Below, piece by piece: positions 1-42,329 of a stretch of 64,000 bases of DNA; position 1 is the first letter of the stretch, and the number at the start of each line of letters is the position of its first letter. The notes under the pieces are model-generated. The model saw only the letters and a program-made list of their open reading frames with translations. It had not been told where the DNA came from and did not search any database. The stretch is from Hormiphora californensis (lineage: Eukaryota; Animalia; Ctenophora). A program made the translations under genes and the position numbers. The stretch covers positions 7,254,001 through 7,318,000 of the forward strand of contig CM035357.1 in NCBI GenBank assembly GCA_020137815.1, given 5' to 3'.

Positions 1-1
1 G

Positions 2-190
2 GTACAGAAGAATGCAGAAACTAAAGCCATTGAGATAGCATCTCGGGTTCTCAAGGCCTCAGCATGGGATGGCGAGATCTGTTGGTTCCCAGGGGACGAT
101 CACCATCAGACATTTTGTTACCTTATTTTGAACCCGATTAGTCGAATTTGCACTGTTATTAGTCATGATTTTGGGAAAGGTATTTGGTAG
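2..190 (+). CDS. CFAP300: Last coding exon (partial) of cilia- and flagella-associated protein 300 (C11orf70)
   Basis: Frame 2 reads VQKNAETKAIEIASRVLKASAWDGEICWFPGDDHHQTFCYLILNPISRICTVISHDFGKGIW*, resembling the CFAP300 C-terminus ([21 protein letters not shown]...HEQTFSYFIVDP..RH...H). The gene is truncated by the window start. Confidence 0.8.
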   Translation, partial: VQKNAETKAIEIASRVLKASAWDGEICWFPGDDHHQTFCYLILNPISRICTVISHDFGKGIW

Positions 191-426
191 CATGTGGGTG
201 ATGTAAAATATTTATTTGACGTGTGTTTTTGTACAGGGTGTTTTTCTGATATGTATTAGTAGATCTAAGTTTATCGTTCCGAAGTTTATGCTTTTTGTCT
301 AAACTGTGTTTTGTTCCCTACTACCCTTCCCATTTAATAAAGTCTACTATGTACCTCTTTTAATTTCCACTGTCTAAAGTAAGGTTGATATGAAACTACG
401 AGTGAAGTACAGAGAAATGGAGCGCA

Positions 427-3400
427 ATGTTTAAAAGTAGTTTTCAGGTTAGTGGCATCATCCAATCACCATCATCTTCAAAGATTCGTAAATATTAGAT
501 TAGATCTGTCATAGTTTAGGACTAAACGGTGTGATTAGTTGTTATGTTCTAACCCTCCTTAACGGCGGGGTGGGGGAAACATTGTCGAACAAGGCAAGTG
601 CCAAGCAAGTGATTGGACCAGTTTATAATGCCTCTTCACTTTACAGGGTGGTACCCATGTAGAGATATTCAGTGCCCAGGGCAAGGACCCTGCAGCCAAA
701 TGGAAACAAACTGGAAAAGTACAACGGGTAAGTAAGATGTATGTTATGTGTAATTTGGTAAATGGTGTTCAGGGGCATTTGAAGTGAATCAGAAAATCTA
801 ACCTACTCCAAACTTAATAATAACATCAGATCAGTAATACTTCTCTTATCCCCCAGTTGTTTGACAAGACGATCAAGAGTTATGTGTATCTACTTGAGGG
901 AGGGCCCAGTTCCAAGATGTTGATACCAAAGGATGAGAAAACAGGACTCTCTCTAATCCAACCATTTGTAGTGGTACAGATCAGTGTTCCTCTTGGTGTT
1001 GGGTTTAATGTTGAAATATTGTGAGTTAGTTTCTATTTAGTAGTTTTGCAGTACATTCTATCCGTGTTATCTTGGATGAATTATTGGTAACCATGTTAAC
1101 TGTATAATTGGTAACCATGGTAACCGCACACAGGGCAACAGACACAGTGAATAGCAACCGAAGGATATTCCTCTCCTCGTCTTACCGTGATATCTCCCAT
1201 ACTCCCCTTCACACCAGACTACCTCTAGGTGAGAGAGTTGGAAATTAGAGATAGTCTAGATTTGTCTCACAAAAGACTGTCCTCTCCGCAACCAAGATAT
1301 TACAGTCATGAAGTATGAAAAGACGTCTAGATCTGATTTTAAACACTACGTGTTTTCAGTCCTGCAACTTGTATGATAAAACATCAATTCCAGGAATGAT
1401 GACAAGAGGACAATGGGTAAACCTAGCTTTCAACATCCCATCAATTGTTAGTGGGGTATTCAACTCGACCTTCAAATCCGTGGAACTAATATCAGTATCA
1501 GCAAGTTGCAAGCTACGGAAAGTGTTCACAATGAGACATCAGCCACATAACACTACAACAGGTCAGTGCAGGGCCTTGCTCGACCAGATCAGCCCCCTGG
1601 ATTCAGACAAGGAAATAACATGTATTTCCAATTTCCATGCACCATGAACTTGTTCCGAAACATCATGAACCCATGTTTGTATTGTGAACTCTCTCCCTCT
1701 CTCGCAGGTCTGTACACACCGATGTATGATGGCGCTACTGACATGATACCCAAATCTTGTTCCCTGAACGTTGGTAATACCACACAGGTTATTGACATGG
1801 CTGTTATCAGACAGTGGGTGGATAACCAACAACCAAAGGTTAGAGCCCCTAACTTTCTAGCAGTACACACAAGTAGGGTTGTACAAAAATAGGGATACTA
1901 TTTACCGCCAGTCGTCATTCCTGGGCTGTCAGGCCAATGCTCTGACCACAGAATTGAGAATAGGGTCAGGCCAATGCTCTGACAGTTCCTGGGTGGTTTG
2001 ATTTCATTTGTAACCCCCGGCCCCCCTCAATCAGATTCAGAGAGAGACAGTCACCAAGTCAGCACCACAAAATCCTCTGTTACGGAACAAACCGATACCA
2101 TCCCGTAACGCTCATTCAGCAGATCACCAACGGAAGTATGAATTTGATATTAGTTGATGATTTACAACTTCAGGTGAAGTTCATTCGTGTAACCTTGTAC
2201 CCTACTGTTGTTTCAGGTTACAAGGTGAAAAAGATCTGACCCCAAAAGTGAAGAAAGCAACAAAAATGAAGCGGGAGGCAACTAAAGTTCTGGGACACGC
2301 ATCTCGAGCGGAGACAAGTCGAATGGAAAGCACCCGACTTGAGGTGTCTAGATTAGATCAAAGCTCTCGCCTTGAAAGTTCCCGATTAGGTCAAAGTACT
2401 GCACGACTTGAGAGTTCTAGACTTGATCAAAGTTCTCGTCTCTCCCGTGCCCAAAGATCAACAAACAACCAAAATGAACGAAAAGGCAAGGAACAACTGA
2501 GCATTTCTCCAGTTTTGAACAAAGGCTCATCCTTCATGGACAGGGTGGGGGATATGTCTCTAAATTCAACCCTGGAATCCTCTCAATCACCTCCTGTGGC
2601 ACCTCCTCCCAGGAATCTAGTTGGCACTGCAGAAAACAGGGAAATGATTGGGAACATAACAAACGGAAACATTTCGTTCAGGTTAGAGAGAAAAGGAGGA
2701 GGAGGGAGAGGGAAAGAATAGTAAACCCCAAAAGTTTTGTGCCAAAACACATTAAACGGTATTGTTTCAGTGAATAAACACCTCTTCCTTTTCGTAGTAG
2801 TAGCAGTGCCTCGCCTCGATCCTTTGGACCTGGTCCCAGTGATCCAGATATCCACCAAAGGCCCATGGGGGCACGGGCTGCTGAGGTAGCGAGGACTGAC
2901 AGCAGCCCCAGGAAGAGAGGGGATGATCAGGAGCGGACTGGGACAAGGGGTACATCACGGGGTTCTAGAAAGGCTGGTCGTGTATATAATAGCAAGGTAA
3001 TATATAATGGGAATGTGTTCTTTTTCTTTATTTATCAAGTTTAACTTCTCCACAATCCATCGCCACTCTAATCCCTCACCAGCCCCTATACCCATCACCA
3101 CTCCAACGCCCAACACCAGTTACCACTCTAACCCCTAACCACCCCAACTTCCCCTCCCAGGATTACGAGGATAATAACCCGTTTGCAGCAAGTGATGAAG
3201 ACCTAAAATATAGAATGAAGGCCCTGGCATTGTATAACGGGGATCTGGATGATAGTATGGACTATAGTGTCATTAGTAGACGTAGTAAGAGGTATGATAC
3301 TGATGGGGAGGCAGAGGGGTACTATATTTAGTTGGTAACAAGGTGAAACAAGGTAGTTGATCTAACTCATTTCACCTTGTTTAAATTCGTCCTTCGGAGA

Positions 3401-4478
3401 TCCCGATTGAGCACTTTTGGTGGGAAGTGAACAAGTCGTGTGTATCTAGTTGGTAGATGTTCTTGTTCCTACACCAGCTCCTACATTATTTGATATAGTA
3501 TCCGCTCTATCTCTGATATCACCACCCCTTTTATCAGGTCACTAGGTGCGGGACCGGTGACAACCAAATCTGGGTCAGATGAGGAGGAGATAGAGGAGAA
3601 GTTAGGGGAGGACAGTGATACAAGTACCTCAGATGCAACTGTTCTATCACACGCTCAAGAGGTATTGTGTGAATTGGGAGTTGGTAACTTATTAAATTAG
3701 TACCCTCCACTTCTCCAAGCAAAAATCCACAAAAGTCCCAATCGCATCTTATCAAGTTTGAAGTGAATCACTGCATCTCTAATAACAACAAGTTCTCCAA
3801 ACAAGAATGCCCAAAATCACTGTCTCTCAACAACAATATCCCTCAGGTACTATTGTCAGGTAGCGCACGACATACCTCCTTCCTACAAGACAGTTTGGGG
3901 AAGAACCACGAGCATCGCCTTACTGACCGGTACATTGTTCAAATATAGTTTTCATTCTACATGATTGTTATGTCGCCCCCGGTTCGGAGAGGGCTCAGGG
4001 CAGTCTTTTGTGACCCAATAAAACAGTGTGACTTTGTCCCCTAAATTACAACCCCATTATGTGAACCAATAAAATAGTGTGACTGTGCACTGCACAGTGT
4101 GCAGTGTCCCCTAAATTACAGCCCCTATTATCTCCAGGGCCTACTCACCGCCTATTTGTTATCCTGATGAACTAACACGCCAGGCTACCTTACCCCAACA
4201 TACAACTCTAACAGGCACAGCGCTTTCAGAGGAATCAGGTAGTTAGCTGGGACACGATGTTATTTTTAGGGTCCCTTCGCCCAATGAAACAGTTCTGTTA
4301 CTCCTCTTTTCTTTGAATTGTTCATACGCAGTGTCAGGTGACTCAAGCCTTGTCTCGTTAACTAATTGTTTCAGGTATGGATGACGACTCGGGGGAAGAA
4401 GAGTTGGACTTGTTGTATGACCCCGTACTAAACTGTTATTTTGATCCTAAAACTTGCAAGTACTATGAACTCGCCTGA
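427..4478 (+). CDS. CFAP20DC: CFAP20 domain-containing protein (C3orf67), multi-exon
   Basis: Exons spell MFKSSFQ|[21 protein letters not shown]..|[14 protein letters not shown]..|..[17 protein letters not shown]|..[23 protein letters not shown]. The final exon [26 protein letters not shown] matches the characteristic CFAP20DC C-terminal motif. GT-AG introns; internal low-complexity exons not fully resolved. Confidence 0.9.
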
Positions 4479-4723
4479 GATATTGTTTTTCTGAAGTGAG
4501 AGAGATGGAATTGCTTGATAAGATAACCCGAACTAGATTTATGATGAGTTGGAGCGATATTTTCCCCTTCTGTTTCTGTGTTTGTATTTGAAAATGAAAG
4601 ATATTTTTACGCCTCAGCTCCACTAATATTCCTTGTTTTTCTGTCCCCTAAATCCCTACTTCCAAGTGCTGCCTGGAGTTATAAAAATCCTGATTTATTT
4701 TCCAAACTCCTACTACTACAGCT

Positions 4724-7700
4724 ATGGGAAATGTGTTAGAATCGTGTCTCAAATCTGCAAAGGGAGAGAAACAGAAGGAGGAGGGGGAAGGGGAGGGGGA
4801 AGTCAAGGCGCCTGTTTACAGCTGGTAAGAATGGAATTCTTGATTCCTTTTTAGATTTGTATAATTTTGTGTTACCAATATTTATCTGTCTTATCATTTC
4901 GCGCCCTAAGGGATAAACGAAGAGACGACATAGATCCAGCGAACTACTGCTTTGAAAACCTAAACGGGGAAACAGCAGCCAAACTCCCGGGCGTGGTTGG
5001 TGGCCAGAGTTTTGATATTGAAAACTGTAAGGTTAGTGTAACCATAAAAGGCTTAAAGAGATCGTGATTTACAAACCTTCCCTTTCACTCCTTCGTGTGA
5101 TATTGGTTTACTTTAACTATCCACATACCTCCCTATCTCCAGGATTGTGTGTTGTTTGTGTTCGACCATGTAGCGACTCTAACAATTGACGACTGTGTCA
5201 ACTGTACTATAGTGGTAGGGGCCTGCAAGGGAAGGTAAGATGAAACTCACAAAACCCCGAATTATGTTTTTTCCCTCCTCTTTAACTTCAGGAAATAATC
5301 ATACCGAGAGATATTTTAATTCAGCTAGTCCCCTGAGACCTCATTTAAAATATCATTTCAGTGTGTTTTTGAGGGATTGTGAGGATATTCGTCTAGCAGT
5401 AGCATGTCAACAGTTCAGGTAACTTGACGTAACGCGCGAAGACTCACTTGAGATGAAATACTCAGTCTCCAAGTGTTGTCTGTTCTGCGCGTTCACCGCG
5501 CAGCTGACCCCAACTGCTGAGGGCCAAAATTGGAGGTCACGTGGTTTGGTTTGGTAGAAAATGAAACTGTTGGTCGTGTGTTATTGTTGTTGGGAGATGA
5601 GACCGATTGGGACTGTTTGTGTGTTTATTAGTAGGGTTATCGGGAGGTTCTCTAGCTTTGGGTTAGTTTCCATGTTACCATAGCAACCCGACCACCACAG
5701 TGTAACAAACTTTTCTGATGTCATCTAGAAGTTGAATCTGTGTAAGGGGGGGGTGACACGTAACACTTTGTAACACTTTGTAACATGTGCAGAAAACTTT
5801 TTGTGCACGTTACATGTTACAAAGTGTTACATAGTGTTACAAAGTGTTACATAGTGTTACAAAGTGTTACATAGTGTTACAAAGTGTTACATAGTGTTAC
5901 AAAGTGTTACATAGTGTTACAAAGTGTTACATAGTGTTACATAGTGTTACAAAGTGTTACATAGTGTTACAAAGTGTTACATAGTGTTACAAAGTGTTAC
6001 AAATTGTTACATAGTGTTACAAAGTGTCACAAAGTGTTACATAGTGTCACAAAGTGTTACAAATTGTTACAAAGTGTTACAAATTGTTACAAAAACACAA
6101 GGATTTGTAGCGAAGCACATTTTCAATCTTTGACCAAAAAATTGATTTTGGAAAAATTTTATTTCTTTTTCCAACAGAAACGTCGTATATCATTTTATTA
6201 AGTACAAAGAATCGATTACCTATGAAAAAAAGTCAATTGGGTCACAACTCACAGGTGACTCAGCACATTGGGGGCCTCTGAGAGGCACAATACTTCTAAT
6301 ATCACTCTAAAAACTTTACCGTTGTCTAAAGTTCATATTTTTCTTTACCAAATGGACTATTTCAGCCCTGATTTCCACAGTCGATGACATCGGAGGCTCA
6401 AAACATCCGCAAATTAGTAAAAAAGTGTATGTTTTAACCCTAGAAATGATTTAAAACTTTTAGATGTGTTCTAGAAAGACACCAAAGTCGTTCAAATTAC
6501 TTATTCACCAACCGTTGAAAATTTGCTTCGCTACAAATCCTTGTGTTTTGTAACAATTTGTAACACTTTGTAACAATTTGTAACAATTTGTAACACTTTG
6601 TAACAATTTGTAACACTTTGTGACACTTTGTAACACTTTGTAACACTATGTAACACTTTGTAACACTATGTAACACTTTGTAACACTATGTAACACTATG
6701 TAACACTTTGTAACACTTTGTAACACTTTGTAACACTATGTAACACTATGTAACACTTTGTTACACTATGTAACACTTTGTAACACTATGTAACACTTTG
6801 TAACATGTGCAGAAAACTTTTTGTGCACGTTACATGTTACAAAGTGTTACAAAGTGTTACGTGTCACCCCCCCCCTGTGTAATCACGTACTTAGTTAATT
6901 GTTGTTACATCACTTTATTGGCCTGACAGAATCTATAAAACACTGTTTCAGGTCACGAGATTGTAAGCGAGTGGACTCCTTCCTGCACTGCAATACTCAA
7001 CCCATTATTGAGTCCTCAGTTAAAATGCGATTTGGTTGTCTTCAGATGGATTATGATGTTGTTACAGGTCCGAGAAATAATGACCCCTCTGCTTTCCTCT
7101 TACAACACAATCCTCACTTCCAATACTCTGACCGCAGTTCTCGAAATGAAAATTGAGAATATGGTCAGGCCAATGCTCTGACAATTATTTCCCTCTCAGA
7201 CAGTAAGGAGTTTGGATCAGAACCCGAGCAATTGCACCTATCAGACCACTTCAAAGAGGCCGGTCTGTCCTTCTACAATAACGGATGGTACGGAATCTAT
7301 GATTTCTCACCCGTGCAACACGCCCTAAACTACTCTTTCCTTCCATCGGTAGGTCAAAAAACATTTTCTGGTATCATGGGTGGTTTGTGTTTGGGATTGA
7401 TTTGATATCTAGAATTCTTGTTCATTTACCCAAACTCTTTTTCAGACGACACAGATATCCCAGCACATCCCTGAGGATGCAGTGGGCAGCATAGCAACAG
7501 ACTCAGTTCGGGTGTGCTTCTCCTCTACCCCCTATGTTCCTGTTACCCATGGTGTAGAACATGCAGTCCTTGGAGGGTCATCCGCTCTCTTTACCATTTT
7601 TAAAGGTTCATACTAATATATATATATATATATATAATAACTAAAGTTCACTCTACAGGAGTACCTATATGACTCATATCTCGTTGCCTGGCTAGTAGCG

Positions 7701-8206
7701 CCCTATTATCTCTCGATGTATCCCTGCTCACTCCTTCTTCTACCCAGGTAAATCAGGAACAGATGAGCAAGTTGGGGAGGTTCTAACGACACTTCACAAC
7801 TGCGGGTGTCAGTTAAGGAGATGCAAGGAAACCAAGATGAATACAGACACCATCAACAGGATATACGGGCAGGACACCAAACCAGAGTTCGCAAGAGCCG
7901 CAAAAGAGGGTAAGGAAATAATCCTGTAGATTTAGGCATACTTTTGTTTCCCTCAAGCCCTTAAATTTTTTCATAAACCAGGTGTTTTTATTTTTTGACT
8001 AAGGGCTGATATGAGAACATGATAAGTTCTAATCCCATTCCCTCCTTTCAGGTATGGTGATAGGGTTTGAGGTTGAGGGAGATATAGGGAAACTACGATC
8101 CTCTCTCTCAACCGCCCCTGTGGAACTCCTCTTACTACTATCTCCGGAGTCAAGTAGTGATGGAGATGTGAACAAGTTCTTTAACTATGTTGATATGACC
8201 ATGTGA
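4724..8206 (+). CDS. RP2: Protein XRP2 (ARL3 GAP; TBCC-like beta-helix plus NDK-like domain), multi-exon
   Basis: MGNVLESC..PVYSW|DKRRDDIDPANYCFENLNGETAAKLPGVVGGQSFDIENCK|..FDHVATLTIDDC..|VFLRDCEDIRLAVACQQFR|SRDCKRVDSFLHCNTQPIIESS..FGC..; ends GDVNKFFNYVDMTM*. N-terminal Gly2 and Cys fit acylation. Confidence 0.92.
5746..6874. mobile_element. Foldback-like non-autonomous DNA transposon in an RP2 intron
   Basis: Ends GGGGGGGGTGACACG...CGTGTCACCCCCCCC; ~370-bp inverted arms built of 10-bp units (GTGTTACAAA/GTGTTACATA); 8-bp direct repeat CTGTGTAA at 5738-5745 and 6875-6882. Confidence 0.85.
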
Positions 8207-8838
8207 ACAGAGGAACAGACTGCTAGTGGGATTATTGTAGACAAAGCCTGTTAATTTGTTCCCCCTGTACGATGGTACCAAGTATATAACACTGTTATTA
8301 ACAGCTTGTACTTTTATAAATGGCATCTAGTAATTATTCCAATCCCGTATTTCTCAAAACATACTTTTAGCCCAGTGAAGCGGCTGGTCCGGAATCATCA
8401 ATTCTGTAATACACGGTCCTATTTAATAGAGTGAAACAGGCAATTTAAAGAGATCAAAGAGGACCGTGTTTAAGTAGGAGTAAGGGACAAAACACTGTAT
8501 ATTCTTGTTTATAACTGTATTATTATAATTGTCAGACTTGTTTTACATTTTCCACTCAAAATATCATTTTGTCTCGTGTCCTTTCATCCACAATATCCCG
8601 ACCTGTCAGACGCCAGCTGACCGGTTTTTCACATTCGGAAGACAAACTTCCTCCTCGCCCCAGCTGTGAGACACTGCTTGTCAGCGCCCCATTTAGCGCG
8701 GTGCGCGCGCCATAAACCTACCCTCCATGTCGCCGCGCGTGCCACGAACAAACACGGGAGTGCGCCTGCAATGGCACACAGTTGTTGTTACACGAATTAC
8801 AAATAGGGCACACACTCAGCCTGGTTATAACACTCTCA

Positions 8839-38006
<29,168 letters not shown>

Positions 38007-38594
38007 GTGGGAAACACGTGTTGGGTACTGTCTTGTGACGTCACTATTTAGACTACATCACTTGCCATTGAGAGCTATATTGTGTGGGGAAATATATTAG
38101 GGATTAGGAATTAGGGATTTATTAGGTCCATGACTCAGGGTTATGTTCATGATCATGTACTGTCATGTCACGCCTGTGCATTTCCCTGTAGAATGATCAT
38201 TGATTCATACAAATTGCAGAAGATCAGATATCATGACATCATTTTGTCAACTCTATATTCTAGCATACCTAAACAAGTTTAAAATCTCAATTGAACTTTA
38301 AAAACACGTCAATTTCAATGTTTATGAGATTGTAAATAAATTAACCTAAATAAAAAGATTCTTTGTACCAAGAATGCGATGAATATATTCAACATTACTC
38401 ACAACTTACAGAGATTTATCACTCCGGTTGGGCTCCGGTTATAGCATATTTAATTCTATTCGCGTCCAATGATGCTGCTTCTAAAAATATATTTCCACAG
38501 GGTCCCATCATCTTATCAGCTCTCGGAGGATGCCAAAATATGTTATACTGAAAAGTGAAATTAGAGACGAGAGAATATTCCACACAACTCTTTG

Positions 38595-39428
38595 TCATGA
38601 ATCATGATCCAACTCAACTTTATACACCTCAAAATGATGGTTGAGTGCTTTAATATCTTGAAGTTTAGCACTTATAATACCACCAAAGTCATCTCTATCT
38701 TGATTAAAATAAAGTCTCCTAACCCTACTATGAACAAGAGCCATGGCGCACATGATACATGGTTCCCTTGCCATTACAACATCAAACCCTCTGCACAAGT
38801 AATCCCCTTCACTCAACTTCCGCTTTAGAGTTTTTACTTGGGTCTTAGCAACAGTTGAAATAGCCACAAACGCCGCGTGACGGAGTGTCTCAAATGGATG
38901 TTCAGTTTCCATGGCAATTTCAGTATTCCGCACTGGATCAACTATCATAGTACAGTTCCTGTTAGTTTCCCTCAACTTCTGGACAACTTCACCCATTCTC
39001 TTGCAGATTAGATCCCTTTCTGTATCACTGAAAACAGTCCCATTTAACCGTGACTCCAGCTCTTGGTTTGGATGGAAACTAACGGGCCAGGGGCAGGAAT
39101 CACGCTGAGCAGTTGTCACGGGAACACTAGCAGGAAGGGTAACACTGGTGATCATATTACGTGACAGGTCAGTCACGTGACTACCAATAACATGAGTGAC
39201 AACACTCAAAACATCCTCTGTTCCCAGCTGACTGTCTTTACAAAGGAGGAGCAGACACTGACCATCTCTAACAACCACTCTTTTGAATGATGGTAGAGGG
39301 AAGTGTTTGGAGACTAGTGCCACTAGTTTACTAAGGAGTTTCTTGTCAGTGATCTGGAGGGCCCACCCTGGTTCTGTTGGGGGCGTGGTGGTAGTGATAG
39401 AGGGAGGTAACAATGCTTCTATCTTCAT
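38595..39428 (-). CDS. ADAT3: tRNA-specific adenosine deaminase subunit 3 (pseudo-catalytic), intronless
   Basis: WPVSFH, LRHAA (no catalytic Glu), YLCRGFDV..REPCIMCAMALVHSRVRRLYF, LNHHFEVY; ATG at 39428. Confidence 0.92.
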   Translation of the reverse strand: MKIEALLPPSITTTTPPTEPGWALQITDKKLLSKLVALVSKHFPLPSFKRVVVRDGQCLLLLCKDSQLGTEDVLSVVTHVIGSHVTDLSRNMITSVTLPASVPVTTAQRDSCPWPVSFHPNQELESRLNGTVFSDTERDLICKRMGEVVQKLRETNRNCTMIVDPVRNTEIAMETEHPFETLRHAAFVAISTVAKTQVKTLKRKLSEGDYLCRGFDVVMAREPCIMCAMALVHSRVRRLYFNQDRDDFGGIISAKLQDIKALNHHFEVYKVELDHDS

Positions 39429-39813
39429 TTCTAGCAAAGATAAGGAGTAAGTACTTTGAGTCAGGTATGGAACAAGATGTTAGAGGTGGAATTATACATA
39501 GAGAAACAAGATTTAAGTTAAACGAGTTAAACAACGCATTACGATTGCATCAACAAGATGATGATTGATGCAGAATGGTTCCAAGAAATGACAATGAACA
39601 GCAGCTACCAACTAAATATGGCAAGAATGAATTATGAGGGTCACAATACGACAAATTGTGAACAATTGACTGACTCCTCTTCTAACCCGTTACATTGCAC
39701 ATGAATTGTAGAAAGAAAGAAGCAAGAATTTTAGATATCAATAACCTTGAAGTATCAAGTGTAGTATAACACAGATGCAATAAACAACTTCTTACTTCTG
39801 AAAACTACTACCT

Positions 39814-40484
39814 CTAAACAGTAAAGTGTTTGCCCCTCTCAGTTGTATCACTATGAACCCTCCTACCTATTACACACCCTACCCAATACAACACTTGATA
39901 CAGCCCCATTATAGACACACAAAACACACCTCTATACAACAGTGACAGTTTCTCTAATATCGGGTAAACCCAGTGGCCATCAGCCCAGTATATAACATGT
40001 ACCCAAACTAGGTAACCCCTGAAAAGAGAACGGGAGAGATTCTCCGAGGGTTGCCAGGGGAACGAGGTATGATCAGGAGTTCAGTTACTGTCCAAACGAT
40101 AACAAATGTGTGTTTCATGTTATTGAACCAGGGAGTTTCTGTATACACCGCTGTTGGGGAGATAACAAGGGCTGGATCAATGCTGTAGAGTCCCCAGTAC
40201 ATAACAGCCACGAAGAGGGAGAGGGGGAGGACTACAACGCTGAATATGTAATCTCGGATCAGGGTTGAGGGGTATTGTTGGGGAAGGGTAACCATCGTTA
40301 CAACTCCACAATGTGAGGTAGTAGCAGAGTTGTATCATTGCATTCCAATGTGTCAAATACTTGCCAATCGCCTCCGAAACCAATACCAGATGCGACCTCC
40401 ATGGGATATAGAAACCTGTATAGCAGGACATAACAGTGGTATATGAAAGAGGGCTCTGTAGAAAGTCGTCTCCTTTGATGCCAT
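39814..40484 (-). CDS. AIG1/ADTRP (FAR-17a) family membrane hydrolase, intronless, with frameshifts in this sequence
   Basis: GKYLTHWNAMIQ (catalytic Thr position), RDYIFSVVVLPLSLFVAVMYWGLYSIDPALV, PWFNNMKHT (His), WVHVIYWADGHWVYPILEKL; about 3 frame changes are needed. Confidence 0.8.
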
Positions 40485-40832
40485 GTTAGCTAAGATGTAG
40501 ATAATGTGTTAGAGTTAGTTATTGGGGTGCTGGTATGTATAAACGGATATTTAGGGAAAACAAAACTTAAAATAACCAACATTATGACATATAATTACAA
40601 ATCATTATGACATATAACTACAAATCACAGATGATACAAACAGTCTGCATGCACACACACACAGTGATCTCACTAAGTTTAACAGTCAGAAAGACCACAC
40701 ACAGGCACACAGTCCACAGACGAACACACAGGCACACACAGACAGACACTGGACACACAAAACACTTTATACAACTCCCAACTATCACTCAAACTGTTCC
40801 AGTAAACAAGTAACAACTCTCTCCCCTGAGAT

Positions 40833-42242
40833 TCACTCGAATTGTTCCATTAAATACTCCAACAAATGGTATTGAGGGGCATCCTCTTCCTCAACTTGTT
40901 CAGCGTACCCAATCACAGCCTCCATTAGCTTCCCCACCGTCACCTTATTCTTCAACAACACCTTCAGCCACCCTATCCATGAACATAGCAGTGTCCTCCC
41001 CGAATGTGTAGTATAGCAAGGGCCGCCCTGTTTCAGCTAGCTACAGCCCACTGCAACATACTCTTCAACTGGATGTGTCCCTCCAAATGCTCCACAACCC
41101 CAGTTCCCACTAGATACCGGAGCCCCAGAGGTGGGATGAGGATGGTTGAATGCAGCGTATGCCTTGTTCATTTCCCTCAGCATGCTGGATCGTTTGTACT
41201 GGCCCATAGCCCCAGATTCAGAACGATTTACATTGGCAGCATCCATGGCCACATGAGTGGGTGTAGTTGTAAGAAGAGGGGCATCCCCAGCAAACTGCAA
41301 ACTCCGACTATACCCCGTGGAGAGAGAGAACTGCTCAGTTCCAGGTAATTACTTATAGCCTCATTACTTTCCATCATTCCCACACAGGAATATCGTTACC
41401 ATGAGTTCCGGGTTAACTGAAAACAAGATCTCCTCCTGTACGGCACCTCTGTTTAACACCCCACCACCAATCCACCTGTTAGGCAAAGTCAACCTCAAGT
41501 GCGGTGTGCCCCTGCATCACTGATAAAGCCTGTTGTGTTGAGGGTTAGAGGTTGGAGGGGTTCATTGCTGGCCTAGCCACTTGATCCATGGTAAGTGGAG
41601 AGAGGGAGTGGTAACGGTAGATTGTGACCGGTGTGTCAGTCAGATACCGTCCCACTCGACAGCGCTCAAAGTAGTTCATCAGCATACATAACTTGGCTAG
41701 ATTCTGTGGACATTTCTGGTTCAGCGAAATGAAAATTCCATCGCAGTTGGTGTATTTTTTCTTTGGAGCCTGCCGTTAGTGTGAAGGGCACACAGAAAGG
41801 AACATGCCAGGATTGAACAACATTGCTCCTTGGTGAGCTCAATTTTCTGTTCTCGCTCGTGCTCCTGTGTGACTAACCAATCCATTGTGGCAGGAAATGT
41901 AGACGGTAAATCTAAAACCTTCTTAACGATAAAAGGTAGAGTATGAGCGAAAAACCAGCCCTTTATTTTGTTAGTAGGCAGTTTCTTGAACATACAACCG
42001 CCCCACAGTTCAGACGAAGAGGCCCACCCCGAGACATCAGCCGGATCTTGGAAGAAATTTAATAGTCCCTTAAATCGTTCCTCACTTGTCATAGGCTTAA
42101 CCGCTTTGTATGATGATGTTCTGTTAGCGTCCAAGGCTGCCACAAACAATTGCGGTGTCCAATTGGCGGTTTTGGAGAGTGCGTTTTTGACATTTTCCCA
42201 GTGTTCAGGCACTCCATGAGGAAGGGTTAGTCGTATAGCCAT
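40833..42242 (-). CDS. PARG: Poly(ADP-ribose) glycohydrolase (catalytic domain only), intronless, with frameshifts in this sequence
   Basis: [47 protein letters not shown] (GGG-x7-QEE signature, QEE at ~41430-41438), MLREMNKAYAAF, SGNWGCGAFGG; several single-base frame changes. Confidence 0.85.
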
Positions 42243-42329
42243 TTTGCGGTCGTCATTCACTTTAGCTTTACCTAAACAAAGCTATTCTTTGGCCTGATAT
42301 GTACAAAGTTACTACAAAACAGTCCCATA

